Virus record (IMG/VR): IMGVR_UViG_3300028829_002760
Location: 32,001 to 96,000 of that record
Reading direction: 5' to 3' (one strand)
From: a virus
DNA length: 64,000 bases
Shown: in pieces, positions 47,325 through 57,699 of the stretch
Position numbering within the stretch: position 1 is the first letter of the stretch
Layout of the letters: each line of letters starts with the position of its first letter
Notes under the pieces: model-generated
Database searches by the model: none
What the model was told of the DNA's origin: nothing
What the model saw: the letters and a program-made list of their open reading frames with translations, nothing else
Program-made: the position numbers and the translations under genes

Positions 47325-50300
47325 TTATGAACATTTAAATGGATCTTCTTCTAGCTCCAATTGTAATAATATTTCTTCATCGGTGATACCTTGTACGATA
47401 CCAACCATTTTATTTATTTCTTCAAACTTAGTTGAACCAGGGTTTACGAACTGAAAGTCTTCAAACAACCTCTTACTTAAATATACGAATAATTCTTGAG
47501 GCATTGTATTTCTATCTCCTAAACCATACTCAGGAAATGCTATTTTACCATTTTTTTCTTGAATCTTTTTTACAGTGGCAATTCTATTTTCCCAAATCTT
47601 TTTTAGATTATCATATTCACTAGGAGGTAATTCTACTTTACGTCCATCTTTAATATGACTGTATAGATCAGTTGGGAAGTTTATAGACATGTCTCCTACC
47701 TCTGTCATAAAGTATGATGATCCACCTAACACAATTCCATTATCTTTTTGTTCTGGTCTAATCTCAAAAACACTTGTATTATGTAAAAATACTACGTCTG
47801 GATTATTTTTAGATATATTAGAGTAATAGAAGGTATTAGTTGCATTATTATCATTGTAAGTATAAACATCAGTTTCTTCTGTATTTCTCAAACCTAATCT
47901 TCTTTTAACAACTTCAGTATCCATATTAGTAGTGTCTATAACAGTTTTAGCACCTCTATCTAGTAAAGCATTTTGTGCAAGTTTCAATCCTTCTAGAAAA
48001 GCTTTATCAATAACATAATTTGTGTTATGAGTAAATTTTTCATATTGTAATAATTTTGTAGCAGCTTCAGAATTACGATTTTGTAAAAATGATTCTACTA
48101 CAAGATCTTTCATAAGTTGTAAATTATCAAAACTTTTTTTAACCTTTTTACCTCTTATTTTAGTACCGTATCCACCAGCATCAATATATTTATCATATGT
48201 TGATTGATCAAACTCACCTGATTTATTAGATTGATATGCATGCTCTACACTTCCATATTCTCTACCTTCCCAAGTAAATGTTCTTGGTGCAAGATTAGAT
48301 AATATTTTTGTAGAAGTTTTAGATTCAGCTTGACCCCAATATACATTAATAGTTCCTGTTGGTTTAACACCAGTTTCTAATTCAGTTGTTTCAGTTGTTT
48401 CAGTTGATTTAACAGTATCAAGTTCCATATCTGATATATAATCCTTAAATCTGTTTTTATTTTGATTTGTTCTAGCATTAATATCAAGGAACATATCATA
48501 GAAATTACTTAATATACCCTGACCATTTTTTTCTAATGCTGAAATAAAGTCTTTAGATTCATTTTCAAGTATTGATAAAAAGTTATTATAGTCTACTACA
48601 TTTGTAAAGTTTAACTTTGTTTTATTTAAACCTGTTTGTAAAAAAGAATATAAGTTTAAGTAATCAAACATCTTACTTATTCTTAAATTTTCAATTGGAT
48701 CCTCAACTTTAGAATATCCAGGGTTAGCTAATTTTTTTAGATCATCAGTATATAAGTTAGACTTATCACTATCAAAATCTTTATCTGCTAAATATATATT
48801 GTAAACACCATCTTCCTTACCACCATCTAATTTGAATTTCTTAACTACGTTATATGTTCTACCTAGTTCAGGATTATCTTGTAACATAATCATAAATCTA
48901 ATAGCAAATGCATTTTCACTCTCAAATAAATGGAACATATTAAATGAATTATCTAATGCTTCAATAGCTAATAGTTTTTCATAAGCATATCTTACAGCTT
49001 TTTCTTGAGTTAATTCAGGCATTATTTCTTTAGTAAGATTTAACTCATCTTTAAAAGTTTTAGTTTTAGCATAATCTTTAGTAAGAGGGTTTAGATACCT
49101 TAAATATTCACGTTGAGCTACAAATTTTAAGTATTCATCGAAATTTGTTTGAGAATTAGTTCTAAAAGTTGAAGGGTGTAATGGATATAATCCACGATCT
49201 TCATATGAATTTTTCACATCAGAATCTTCTTCCCACGCACTTTTCTTAAATTCTTTTTCAAGTTGTTTCATGTCCATATACAGAACACCATCTTTTATAA
49301 AAGCACCTCTATTAAGCTTTTTAACTAATTTAGTAGGTATTTTAGTTTGAAGATCTAAAGACATAAAACCGTCTTTACTATTATATTTTCTTATAGCATT
49401 TTGTAGTATAAAGCTTACTATATCATTTCTAAATACATTACTAAACATTTCCACATTTTGACCTGGGAATGTATTTTCTAGATCCATTCTAATACTATCT
49501 TTTTTAGATATTAAGAACCTACTGATCTCAGGATGATATCTTAATTCAAATAGTGGTCTACTTACTGCTAATGCTAGTGGTCCATTAAAGAATGATCTTA
49601 ATATTGAGTCATTCCTCATAGCATTTACAACTTCCAAAGGCACTCTTGAATCATAGAATAATTCATCTAAATTAGCTTCAGTTTGCTCTACATCAGATAA
49701 AGTAGTCTTAGTACTTGTATCTGGATTAGATGCCATTTTAAGTTTAGTATATCCACCAATCTGTTGTTCAAGTTCTAAATAATGTAAAAACATTGATTTA
49801 ACTAAATCACTCTCTGTATCATTTTCCTTAATAGCTTTAAGCATTTGAGATTCAGTAAAATGATTTTTTCTTTTTTTACTAAAGAATTTATCAAGTAATT
49901 GTTGACCTTTATTATATCTAGCATCATTTTTACTTCTAGGTGACAACTCATCAAAATCAAAATATTTACGTATTACTTCAGATGCAGCTTTATATTTTGC
50001 TAATCCAGATGCACCAACATCTTTTCCTAATGCTTCAGCAAATGTAGATTTAAATAAACGTTGCTCAGTTACATAATCTCTAACTAGTGGATTAGATACA
50101 AAGTATATTGCTTCTTTAACAGGTACACCAGCTTTAATCATATATAACAATGTTGGAGCTACTTCATAGTTACCTTGTATAAAGAATACCCATGCATCTT
50201 TCTCAACATCAACCCAACCGTTCATCATTTGAGATATAACATCAGCAACTTTATTTACACCATCAACATCATACATATCTGATATAGATATTACTTCATC

Positions 50301-53300
50301 ACCATTTTTACTGGTCATTTTATTATGTCTCAGTCTCATGTTACTTTCCCTTAATACTTCTTTAATTTTATAAGTATTAGGCATGTATGCTCCAATGGCA
50401 TTCATAATAACATTAAATGTATTTTCTATAGCACCAAGACCAAGTGTCTTTTTACCTACAATATTTGACTCATGTTTATATACATTATATAATGCTTCTA
50501 AAACTCTGGTAGGACTCATCTCACCAGTATCTTTAGTCATTTTATTTTTCTTAGGATTGTATTTAGAAACATATTGAGCAAGTTGATCAGCAATACCCTT
50601 TAATATAAAAGTACCGTTAGGCATAATAAGTGATGCGTAGTTATCTGGTAATTCTAAAATTTCTTTAATATCATTTATAAGTTCATTTTCTAATGCTGCT
50701 TTTTGATTTTTCACAGCTCCTAGAAAATTATCTGTACCTCTTAAATCTTTTATAGATTGTAAATCACTATAAGATCTTTTTATAACTGAACCATCTTCAT
50801 CTAAAGTGTTCATAAAAATTGTCAACTTATCAATATCAAAGTCACCCCCTGATTTAGCAACTATTTCTGCTGGAGGTACTATAATATTTCCTGCTTGTGG
50901 AGGTAAGAATTCAAATACTTCAGCAAATTCCATAGAGTTAAGACCCTGAACTGGTATTCTAACACCTACTAATGTTATTGCTTTTCTGTTAGCTCCATTA
51001 TTAGCATCTAACCAAGAATCATCTTTAATTTTTTCATTTAATCTTTCTAAAGATTTGTCCATATTAAGTTCATTATCTTCATTATAAACACCTATACTTT
51101 CATCATTCTCATATTCTAAATTAAATAGATTATAATAAGTACCTTGCATAGCTATCATAACTTTAGCTGCTGCAGTATATCCATCTGATTTTTTATGATA
51201 AGTTGGTAACAAGTAAGATGCTGAAGCCCACTTAGCTATTTCATCTTTAGTTGCTTTTCTTAAATCAGGTTTAGCAAACTGATTTTGGAACATTCCAACT
51301 GAAACTTGTACTAATGGTTCCCCATTTACTTTTTGTTTAATTACTCTCTTATTAATCATAGAGAGAATTAACTTTTCTATTTTACCAGACTCTGGATGGA
51401 AAGATAAATCATGTTGTATTTTACCTGAGTTATCAAATACATCTATAAATTCAATTAAATCATCACTAAGAACATCTTCTCTTTCAAGATTTGTTCTAAT
51501 TATATTTAAAAGCTTAGCTGTACTTGATTTATCTTTTGCTTTATATTGACCTGGGCTTGTTTCTTCATAACCCATTTCTTCTAAAAGCTCAAGCTTTAAT
51601 AGTTCTGTATATTCTTCTACATGATCTATATAACGTTTAACTCTTTCATTTGTAATCTCTTCATACTTAGTAGATTTAATTACACCTCTTTCATAAAGTC
51701 CTTCTAGAATTAATTTACGTAACTGTGTAGAGAATATAGTTTTAAATTTATACTCTGAATTAACTTCTGTCTGATTCTTTAAAAATTCTGCATATATTGT
51801 ATTTACTGTAAACTCAGAGTCTTTATTAAAACTACCATCTTCATTAAGTACTACATCACCTGTTCCTATATGAGATACTTTAGAACCTGATTCCATTAAT
51901 ACATAATCCATTTGATCTTTCATCATTTTTTGATGTAAATCATATAATGGTGTACCAGCTTTTGCTACTCCAGGTATTAATGGTGCAAGTGAAAACTTAT
52001 GAAATGAATTAACAGGTAGTCCTGTAGCCTCTATATTTCCAAAGTATTGCAGCTTATATGATGGGAAAAATTCTACTATATCTTCAGCTGTAATATTTTC
52101 TCCCATAGCAACTCTTCTATATAATTGCTCTTGTTCTGTACTCCAATTACTTTCAAGTTCTTTTAATTGTCTATATGTTTCAAATGAAATCCATCCTTGA
52201 CCATCAGCAATATCCATTTTACCATACTCTTCTATAGCTTTATCTGCTATATTTTTAGCAACAGTTTTACTACCAGTTCTTTCATATACAGAATCATAAA
52301 TAGACTTTCTATATTCGTCAAACATTTCAGACTTTATAGTAATTTCCTTTAAGATTGCTGTTCTAAAAGTTCCGTCATAATTTCTTGACTCATAACCTAA
52401 TCTATCTGCATAATATTTCTTTAAAGAACTTACATATATTTGCGCTCTTTGATCAGCTCTAAATCCTTTTCCACCTGATGCAAGACCTGCATTTCTTTTA
52501 TGAAATTCTTCTTTAGCATGATTATACTGTACTAGATCACCATATGCTAAAGCTACAGTTTCCATTTTATGAATAAAAGAGTTATATGTATATGCTGACA
52601 TTAATGAAGTTTCTATATCCTTTTGAGTTAAACCTGGGTTAATAAGTTCAAATCTTTGATATAATCCTTCGTCTATATATTTAGCTTCTTGTAATCTTTC
52701 ATAATTTTCTTTAGTGTCCTTACTAAAATATTCATAAACATTACTTCTAATTTTTTCTCTTAAATCAAATTGGTCATCTAATTCATCCATTAGATTAAAA
52801 TTATTATTAACATCTTTAGAAGCTTTATCTAATATTTTATATAACTCATCTTGAACGTCTTCCTTTAAAACATCATCAAATGCTGTAAATGCTTGACCTG
52901 CCATTACAGTGGTTTTATTCTCATCTTTTCTTTTAACTTTTCTATTATACCCAGCATAGTTTTTAAACTTATCTTTCTGTTGCTGAAATCTTACTATTCT
53001 ATTAGCTTCTGCAGCAATATATCCTTCAATAATATCATATGCTTTTATTTCACCATCAGAATATCCTACAAAAGATTCTATGTCTACATAAAGTTTATTG
53101 TCTTTTTTACCGTTATATGTTTGGATAGTACCATCTACTGTCATTCCTAATGCAGTATTTTTGGAAGCATGTCTCATAAACTCCTCAACTCCATTCAATA
53201 ACATTGTATGGATTTCTTGTAAAAATTTACTTGTTGCATCCATAGAAGCTGTACTATCACCAGTATAATTTCCTTTAACTTTAGTCTGTGTACCTGCTAC

Positions 53301-56300
53301 ATGTTGTAATGTAATTTTAGTATCAGATAGTTTTTCTCCATATGTACTTGACATTGGATTTAAGTCAAAGATAGAACCAAGTAATTTTGAAAATACACTA
53401 AATGTATTATTAGCTTCATTTAACCACCTCATATGTTTAAACTTACCGTTTAAATCTGCTTCATCAGTAGTTAACTCTTGCCAGTTCTTAGCAGTATTAA
53501 TTGCATTAACAATTCTTGTTACTGAGCTATCTACCATATGTTCCCAAACTCTTGTTCCTTCAGGAGTTTGAACACTAAAATTAGAATAGGAATCAGAAAA
53601 CATACTTTGTATTTCTGCTAGTGTTCTAAGTCTACTAGATACATCTTGACTTTGAGATTCATCTTCTCTTAATGATTCTGGTAAACCAGTCATAAGCATT
53701 GATATAGGATCTTTTTTAAAGTCAAGAGCTGCGGGCTCATCACTTTTATTTACAATCTTAACAACCTCATACATTCTATCTACACCAAACCTGGTACTAA
53801 ATGGGTTTTCAGTGCTTTCTATTATTTCTTCTATGGCTATGGAAGATTCATCTAGTACAATACCAATAGCTTTAAGAAAGTCATTTGCTTTCCTGTAATT
53901 AAATACACCATTTTTTCCAAAGTCTTTTACAACTTTAGCTGTATTTAATATATTAGTTTCAATACCATTTACACGAACCGTTTCTATGTATGGATTTGAA
54001 ATAGGATCAGAAGTAATAAAATTAGATTTCCAATCTCTAGTAACTTGATATGTATCAAAATTAGCTCTACCTAACTTAGCTTTATATTCATTGTCTTCAT
54101 CTTTTTCTAAGTTAAGTTGTATATAAGGTATTCTTGGCTTTTTAAAGTCCTGCCAAAAAGCAGTTTCTAATTTAAACTCTTCTCTTGATGAATATTCTGG
54201 TCCATTTAAAACTCTAAATGGGTTTGGTAATACATCTAGTAATTGTTGAAGCTCTGGATAGTTATCCATATTATCAAATATTCTAATGTACATATCCATT
54301 TCATCATATGAACCTTCTAATATTTTTGCAAGCCTGTTCCAAGTTATATCTACATCTTGAAGTTCAGGTAATCCAAATAAACCTCTTTTTCTTACAGATT
54401 GATCATTTTCTATTTCTGTTTTAAATAAACTAGCTAACAACATCATAGTTTCTTCCTTAGCTAATTTTTTAGCTGAAACACTATTATCATCTTTTAATTT
54501 AAATAAACTACTTTCACTAATATTAGTAGGATCTTCTACTTCAGTATATTGATCTCTTAATACCTTAAATCTAGATTTTTCTAAATGATATGCTATAACA
54601 TTCTCTTTTTCACCGCCTTCAAATACATCATTAGGACCTATATAATTATCTGTAATCTTATCTAATAATTCTAATTCTTCAAGAAATTTAGGATCAGAAA
54701 TTACTTCTATATCCTCCTCAACTTTTTTGATATATGACAATCGAAGTCTTTCAAATTTGTCATAGATATCTCTATAGAGTTCTTTTTTATTATCCTCATC
54801 TTTAAGTAAATCAAATGCTCCTGTTGTAGTATTAAAATCTTGGTTATACTGTTCAAATATAAGAGATGCCATGCTATCCATAGCATCAACTACTTGTTTT
54901 GACTCTTGTATAGAAAAGTTTTCATTAATAGTTTTGGCTCTATTTAATTCACCAAACATTACATTATCCATAGAGGGTGTAAGGTTTGATAATAGTTCAG
55001 GATTCTCAGATGCTCTATATAGTTTATCGTAAAGTTCTTTTACAGATTCTACATTCATTAGATCTGTAGTAACCTCATTCTTAGTTGTCTTACCAAATAA
55101 TCTTTGTAAAAATTTATAAATCTTATCAAAAATTCTAGCTAGGAAACCTTTTACTTTACCTTTACCTTTTGATTTAGCATATGTTCTAAATTGTTCAGCA
55201 AGATCTTCTTCTATTTGAAAGAAGCTTTTGTTTTTGTATTTATCTAAAGATTTTATTTCTTGATATAAATTTACTTTCTCATCTTTAGTTAAAAATAATT
55301 GTGAAAAACCATGCCATGCCTCATGATAAACATCTACTGAAGTACCACCATCTCCTTCAAATAATGTAATACCATAACCAGACCATCTAGCAAATGCATT
55401 AGAGTTTGTTATTTCAGTAATTCTTTCTAGGCTAATATATTTACTTAATGGAGAACTTGCCCACCACTTTTCTGCTGCTTTTCTATCTGCTTTAGATGTG
55501 AATATTTTATCAAGATACATGTCTTTAGCTCTGTCTAATCCTTTTTTCTTGTAACGTGTCTCACTAGACTTACTGTCTTTCAAAACATCATCAAGTAAAT
55601 GATTTCTAGTAGCTGGATTATCTTTTATATCTTGTTCTTTTGCTTGAGATTCAGTTTCATCTTCACTAAGCCTTCTTTTAAAACCTATTTTCTTTTTCTT
55701 TTTAGACTTAGGAGCTACCTTATCTTTATCTGTTTTAGGTTTCCTTTTACGTTTAACTGTAAATCTTTTACCAGTATTTTTCTTTTTAGGTGTAGTCTTT
55801 TTTTCTCTTAGTACCCTTGCTCTACCTACTTCTATATCAGTAACATCTTCTAATAGTCCTTCTGGTATAGTATAATTTAAATATGCATTTAGACCTTTTT
55901 CATAATCTAAAAGATCTTCAGTATATTCTAGTTTAATGTATTTTTTAATTGCATCAAAATGTTTTACAGTTTGTGTTTTAATTACATCACCCTCAAAAAT
56001 ATAATCAGTAAAAGTTTTACCTTTTAATGAATTTTTATAATGTACATTAGCAGGGAAGTATCCATTTTCTCCTTCTTTCTTTTGACCCGCTTTTAATTTT
56101 TTAGGTATTGCATTTAATAAATGATTCTTAATCATTTGTTTACCTTCTTCAGTAAACAAAACATCATTTGAAATTGGTTTACCGTTTATATATACTTTAT
56201 AATCTTTTCTTTTAAGTTTTTCTAAAACCTTAACTTGGATTCTATCTCTATTTATGTTAGAATTTTCTACTCTAGCATTATTGATAAAGATTTCAAAATA

Positions 56301-57698
56301 ATCTTTTCTTTCTTCAGGTGTTAACTCTCTACCTTTTAATTTAGCTGTAGTAGTAAGAACTTCTGCAATTTTATCTGCTAATTGCTCATCCATATCTCCT
56401 CTTTGAAGTTGGAGTTTAAATGGTTCAGTATTTTCAGTTCCAGGTATTTTTCTTTGTACAATAATATATTGACTACCTTGTCTTTTACCTACTGTTTCTG
56501 CAGTATAGTTTTTTAATTCTTCTTCAGTTACATTAGCTTCTTGTAAAGTTACAGCAACCTTTTTACGATTAGATTGTCCTAATGTTCCAGATACAATAGG
56601 TAATATAATAGTCATGTCGTCATTTTCCTCAATCGTTGTTCTTAAAGCATAAAGAGTATTTAACTCTATCTTTTGACGTTCAGCTATTACATCTTCTAAT
56701 TTTTGTAATTGTTTCTCAGTTACTTTACCACCATTATTTTCTATAAGTTCTGCTTGTTGTTGAGCTAATACTTTTGGCTCTACCATATTGTATTTTCTAT
56801 AAGCAGTGTTTGATAATAAAAGTTTACCTTTTTCCTTAACAACTCTTCTAAGATATTGATATACAATTCTTCCCTCTTCTGGATTATCAGTTAAAGTGCC
56901 ATCTTCTCTAAAATAAAGAAAGTTACCTTCTTTATCAGTTATAACAGCAGTAATACCTCGACTTTTAGTCTCTTTGTTAAGATATGCTTCATCCGATGTA
57001 GTTAATAGTTTAGGATCAATATTTCTTGTTTGCATAGCAGTTAATGCTATTTCAACATCCTCATACATAATAGGTTCAGTAATATCACTTCTGTTCCTAG
57101 CTATAAGACCTATTGCCTTTACTACGTCTGAAAATAATTTTTTTTCTGGATCAATTCTATCTTTATCTTCTTCTGAAACAGTTTCTGGATTAGCAGCTAT
57201 AGCAATTTGATATGTGGTTGTCCATGCACTTGTTACTTTTGCACCATTAAATTGATTAAATGACCAAAATAATAATTCGTCAATTGGAGGATTTGGATCT
57301 ATAGATGTATCTTTTCTTGTCTTATTAGCATCTTTTATTTCAGCATCTATTTCATCTTTAGATTTTTTTTTGGTTGCTAATGCTTTACCAACTTCAGTAA
57401 GATCTTTAAAATTTTTCCTTTGTTTATTAAGGGCTGTAAAATCAAAATCTTTATCAACCAGATAATCATTTACTTCTTCATCAAGATTTACTAAGTTAAA
57501 GATGTCTGGAATAGCTTGAGCATAGTACAAAGCTTTTACCTCATCCTCTGAAGCTTCTTTAACTGCAGCATAGATATCTTTTATAGTTTGATCTAAATCA
57601 AACTTAGGCAGTCTGTTATCATTAATTCTATCTATTATTTCTCCATATAGAATTTTATATACATCTCCTACTTGCTTTTCATTTAAACTACAGGCCAT
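47325..57698 (-). CDS. Single-chain virion RNA polymerase (crAss/phi14:2 gp66-type, 3457 aa) with added domains
   Basis: GGDFDIDKL (DFDID at 50829-50843), VRIPVQ, ADGQ; HEAWH zincin at 55311-55325; NADAR-like region at ~47960-48360. Confidence 0.88.
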   Translation of the reverse strand: MACSLNEKQVGDVYKILYGEIIDRINDNRLPKFDLDQTIKDIYAAVKEASEDEVKALYYAQAIPDIFNLVNLDEEVNDYLVDKDFDFTALNKQRKNFKDLTEVGKALATKKKSKDEIDAEIKDANKTRKDTSIDPNPPIDELLFWSFNQFNGAKVTSAWTTTYQIAIAANPETVSEEDKDRIDPEKKLFSDVVKAIGLIARNRSDITEPIMYEDVEIALTAMQTRNIDPKLLTTSDEAYLNKETKSRGITAVITDKEGNFLYFREDGTLTDNPEEGRIVYQYLRRVVKEKGKLLLSNTAYRKYNMVEPKVLAQQQAELIENNGGKVTEKQLQKLEDVIAERQKIELNTLYALRTTIEENDDMTIILPIVSGTLGQSNRKKVAVTLQEANVTEEELKNYTAETVGKRQGSQYIIVQRKIPGTENTEPFKLQLQRGDMDEQLADKIAEVLTTTAKLKGRELTPEERKDYFEIFINNARVENSNINRDRIQVKVLEKLKRKDYKVYINGKPISNDVLFTEEGKQMIKNHLLNAIPKKLKAGQKKEGENGYFPANVHYKNSLKGKTFTDYIFEGDVIKTQTVKHFDAIKKYIKLEYTEDLLDYEKGLNAYLNYTIPEGLLEDVTDIEVGRARVLREKKTTPKKKNTGKRFTVKRKRKPKTDKDKVAPKSKKKKKIGFKRRLSEDETESQAKEQDIKDNPATRNHLLDDVLKDSKSSETRYKKKGLDRAKDMYLDKIFTSKADRKAAEKWWASSPLSKYISLERITEITNSNAFARWSGYGITLFEGDGGTSVDVYHEAWHGFSQLFLTKDEKVNLYQEIKSLDKYKNKSFFQIEEDLAEQFRTYAKSKGKGKVKGFLARIFDKIYKFLQRLFGKTTKNEVTTDLMNVESVKELYDKLYRASENPELLSNLTPSMDNVMFGELNRAKTINENFSIQESKQVVDAMDSMASLIFEQYNQDFNTTTGAFDLLKDEDNKKELYRDIYDKFERLRLSYIKKVEEDIEVISDPKFLEELELLDKITDNYIGPNDVFEGGEKENVIAYHLEKSRFKVLRDQYTEVEDPTNISESSLFKLKDDNSVSAKKLAKEETMMLLASLFKTEIENDQSVRKRGLFGLPELQDVDITWNRLAKILEGSYDEMDMYIRIFDNMDNYPELQQLLDVLPNPFRVLNGPEYSSREEFKLETAFWQDFKKPRIPYIQLNLEKDEDNEYKAKLGRANFDTYQVTRDWKSNFITSDPISNPYIETVRVNGIETNILNTAKVVKDFGKNGVFNYRKANDFLKAIGIVLDESSIAIEEIIESTENPFSTRFGVDRMYEVVKIVNKSDEPAALDFKKDPISMLMTGLPESLREDESQSQDVSSRLRTLAEIQSMFSDSYSNFSVQTPEGTRVWEHMVDSSVTRIVNAINTAKNWQELTTDEADLNGKFKHMRWLNEANNTFSVFSKLLGSIFDLNPMSSTYGEKLSDTKITLQHVAGTQTKVKGNYTGDSTASMDATSKFLQEIHTMLLNGVEEFMRHASKNTALGMTVDGTIQTYNGKKDNKLYVDIESFVGYSDGEIKAYDIIEGYIAAEANRIVRFQQQKDKFKNYAGYNRKVKRKDENKTTVMAGQAFTAFDDVLKEDVQDELYKILDKASKDVNNNFNLMDELDDQFDLREKIRSNVYEYFSKDTKENYERLQEAKYIDEGLYQRFELINPGLTQKDIETSLMSAYTYNSFIHKMETVALAYGDLVQYNHAKEEFHKRNAGLASGGKGFRADQRAQIYVSSLKKYYADRLGYESRNYDGTFRTAILKEITIKSEMFDEYRKSIYDSVYERTGSKTVAKNIADKAIEEYGKMDIADGQGWISFETYRQLKELESNWSTEQEQLYRRVAMGENITAEDIVEFFPSYKLQYFGNIEATGLPVNSFHKFSLAPLIPGVAKAGTPLYDLHQKMMKDQMDYVLMESGSKVSHIGTGDVVLNEDGSFNKDSEFTVNTIYAEFLKNQTEVNSEYKFKTIFSTQLRKLILEGLYERGVIKSTKYEEITNERVKRYIDHVEEYTELLKLELLEEMGYEETSPGQYKAKDKSSTAKLLNIIRTNLEREDVLSDDLIEFIDVFDNSGKIQHDLSFHPESGKIEKLILSMINKRVIKQKVNGEPLVQVSVGMFQNQFAKPDLRKATKDEIAKWASASYLLPTYHKKSDGYTAAAKVMIAMQGTYYNLFNLEYENDESIGVYNEDNELNMDKSLERLNEKIKDDSWLDANNGANRKAITLVGVRIPVQGLNSMEFAEVFEFLPPQAGNIIVPPAEIVAKSGGDFDIDKLTIFMNTLDEDGSVIKRSYSDLQSIKDLRGTDNFLGAVKNQKAALENELINDIKEILELPDNYASLIMPNGTFILKGIADQLAQYVSKYNPKKNKMTKDTGEMSPTRVLEALYNVYKHESNIVGKKTLGLGAIENTFNVIMNAIGAYMPNTYKIKEVLRESNMRLRHNKMTSKNGDEVISISDMYDVDGVNKVADVISQMMNGWVDVEKDAWVFFIQGNYEVAPTLLYMIKAGVPVKEAIYFVSNPLVRDYVTEQRLFKSTFAEALGKDVGASGLAKYKAASEVIRKYFDFDELSPRSKNDARYNKGQQLLDKFFSKKRKNHFTESQMLKAIKENDTESDLVKSMFLHYLELEQQIGGYTKLKMASNPDTSTKTTLSDVEQTEANLDELFYDSRVPLEVVNAMRNDSILRSFFNGPLALAVSRPLFELRYHPEISRFLISKKDSIRMDLENTFPGQNVEMFSNVFRNDIVSFILQNAIRKYNSKDGFMSLDLQTKIPTKLVKKLNRGAFIKDGVLYMDMKQLEKEFKKSAWEEDSDVKNSYEDRGLYPLHPSTFRTNSQTNFDEYLKFVAQREYLRYLNPLTKDYAKTKTFKDELNLTKEIMPELTQEKAVRYAYEKLLAIEALDNSFNMFHLFESENAFAIRFMIMLQDNPELGRTYNVVKKFKLDGGKEDGVYNIYLADKDFDSDKSNLYTDDLKKLANPGYSKVEDPIENLRISKMFDYLNLYSFLQTGLNKTKLNFTNVVDYNNFLSILENESKDFISALEKNGQGILSNFYDMFLDINARTNQNKNRFKDYISDMELDTVKSTETTETTELETGVKPTGTINVYWGQAESKTSTKILSNLAPRTFTWEGREYGSVEHAYQSNKSGEFDQSTYDKYIDAGGYGTKIRGKKVKKSFDNLQLMKDLVVESFLQNRNSEAATKLLQYEKFTHNTNYVIDKAFLEGLKLAQNALLDRGAKTVIDTTNMDTEVVKRRLGLRNTEETDVYTYNDNNATNTFYYSNISKNNPDVVFLHNTSVFEIRPEQKDNGIVLGGSSYFMTEVGDMSINFPTDLYSHIKDGRKVELPPSEYDNLKKIWENRIATVKKIQEKNGKIAFPEYGLGDRNTMPQELFVYLSKRLFEDFQFVNPGSTKFEEINKMVGIVQGITDEEILLQLELEEDPFKCS

Positions 57699-57699
57699 T

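Noticed and set aside
36276-57698. Introns or inteins in PolB or vRNAP
   Set aside because: Reading frames are continuous and no intein or LAGLIDADG motifs were noticed
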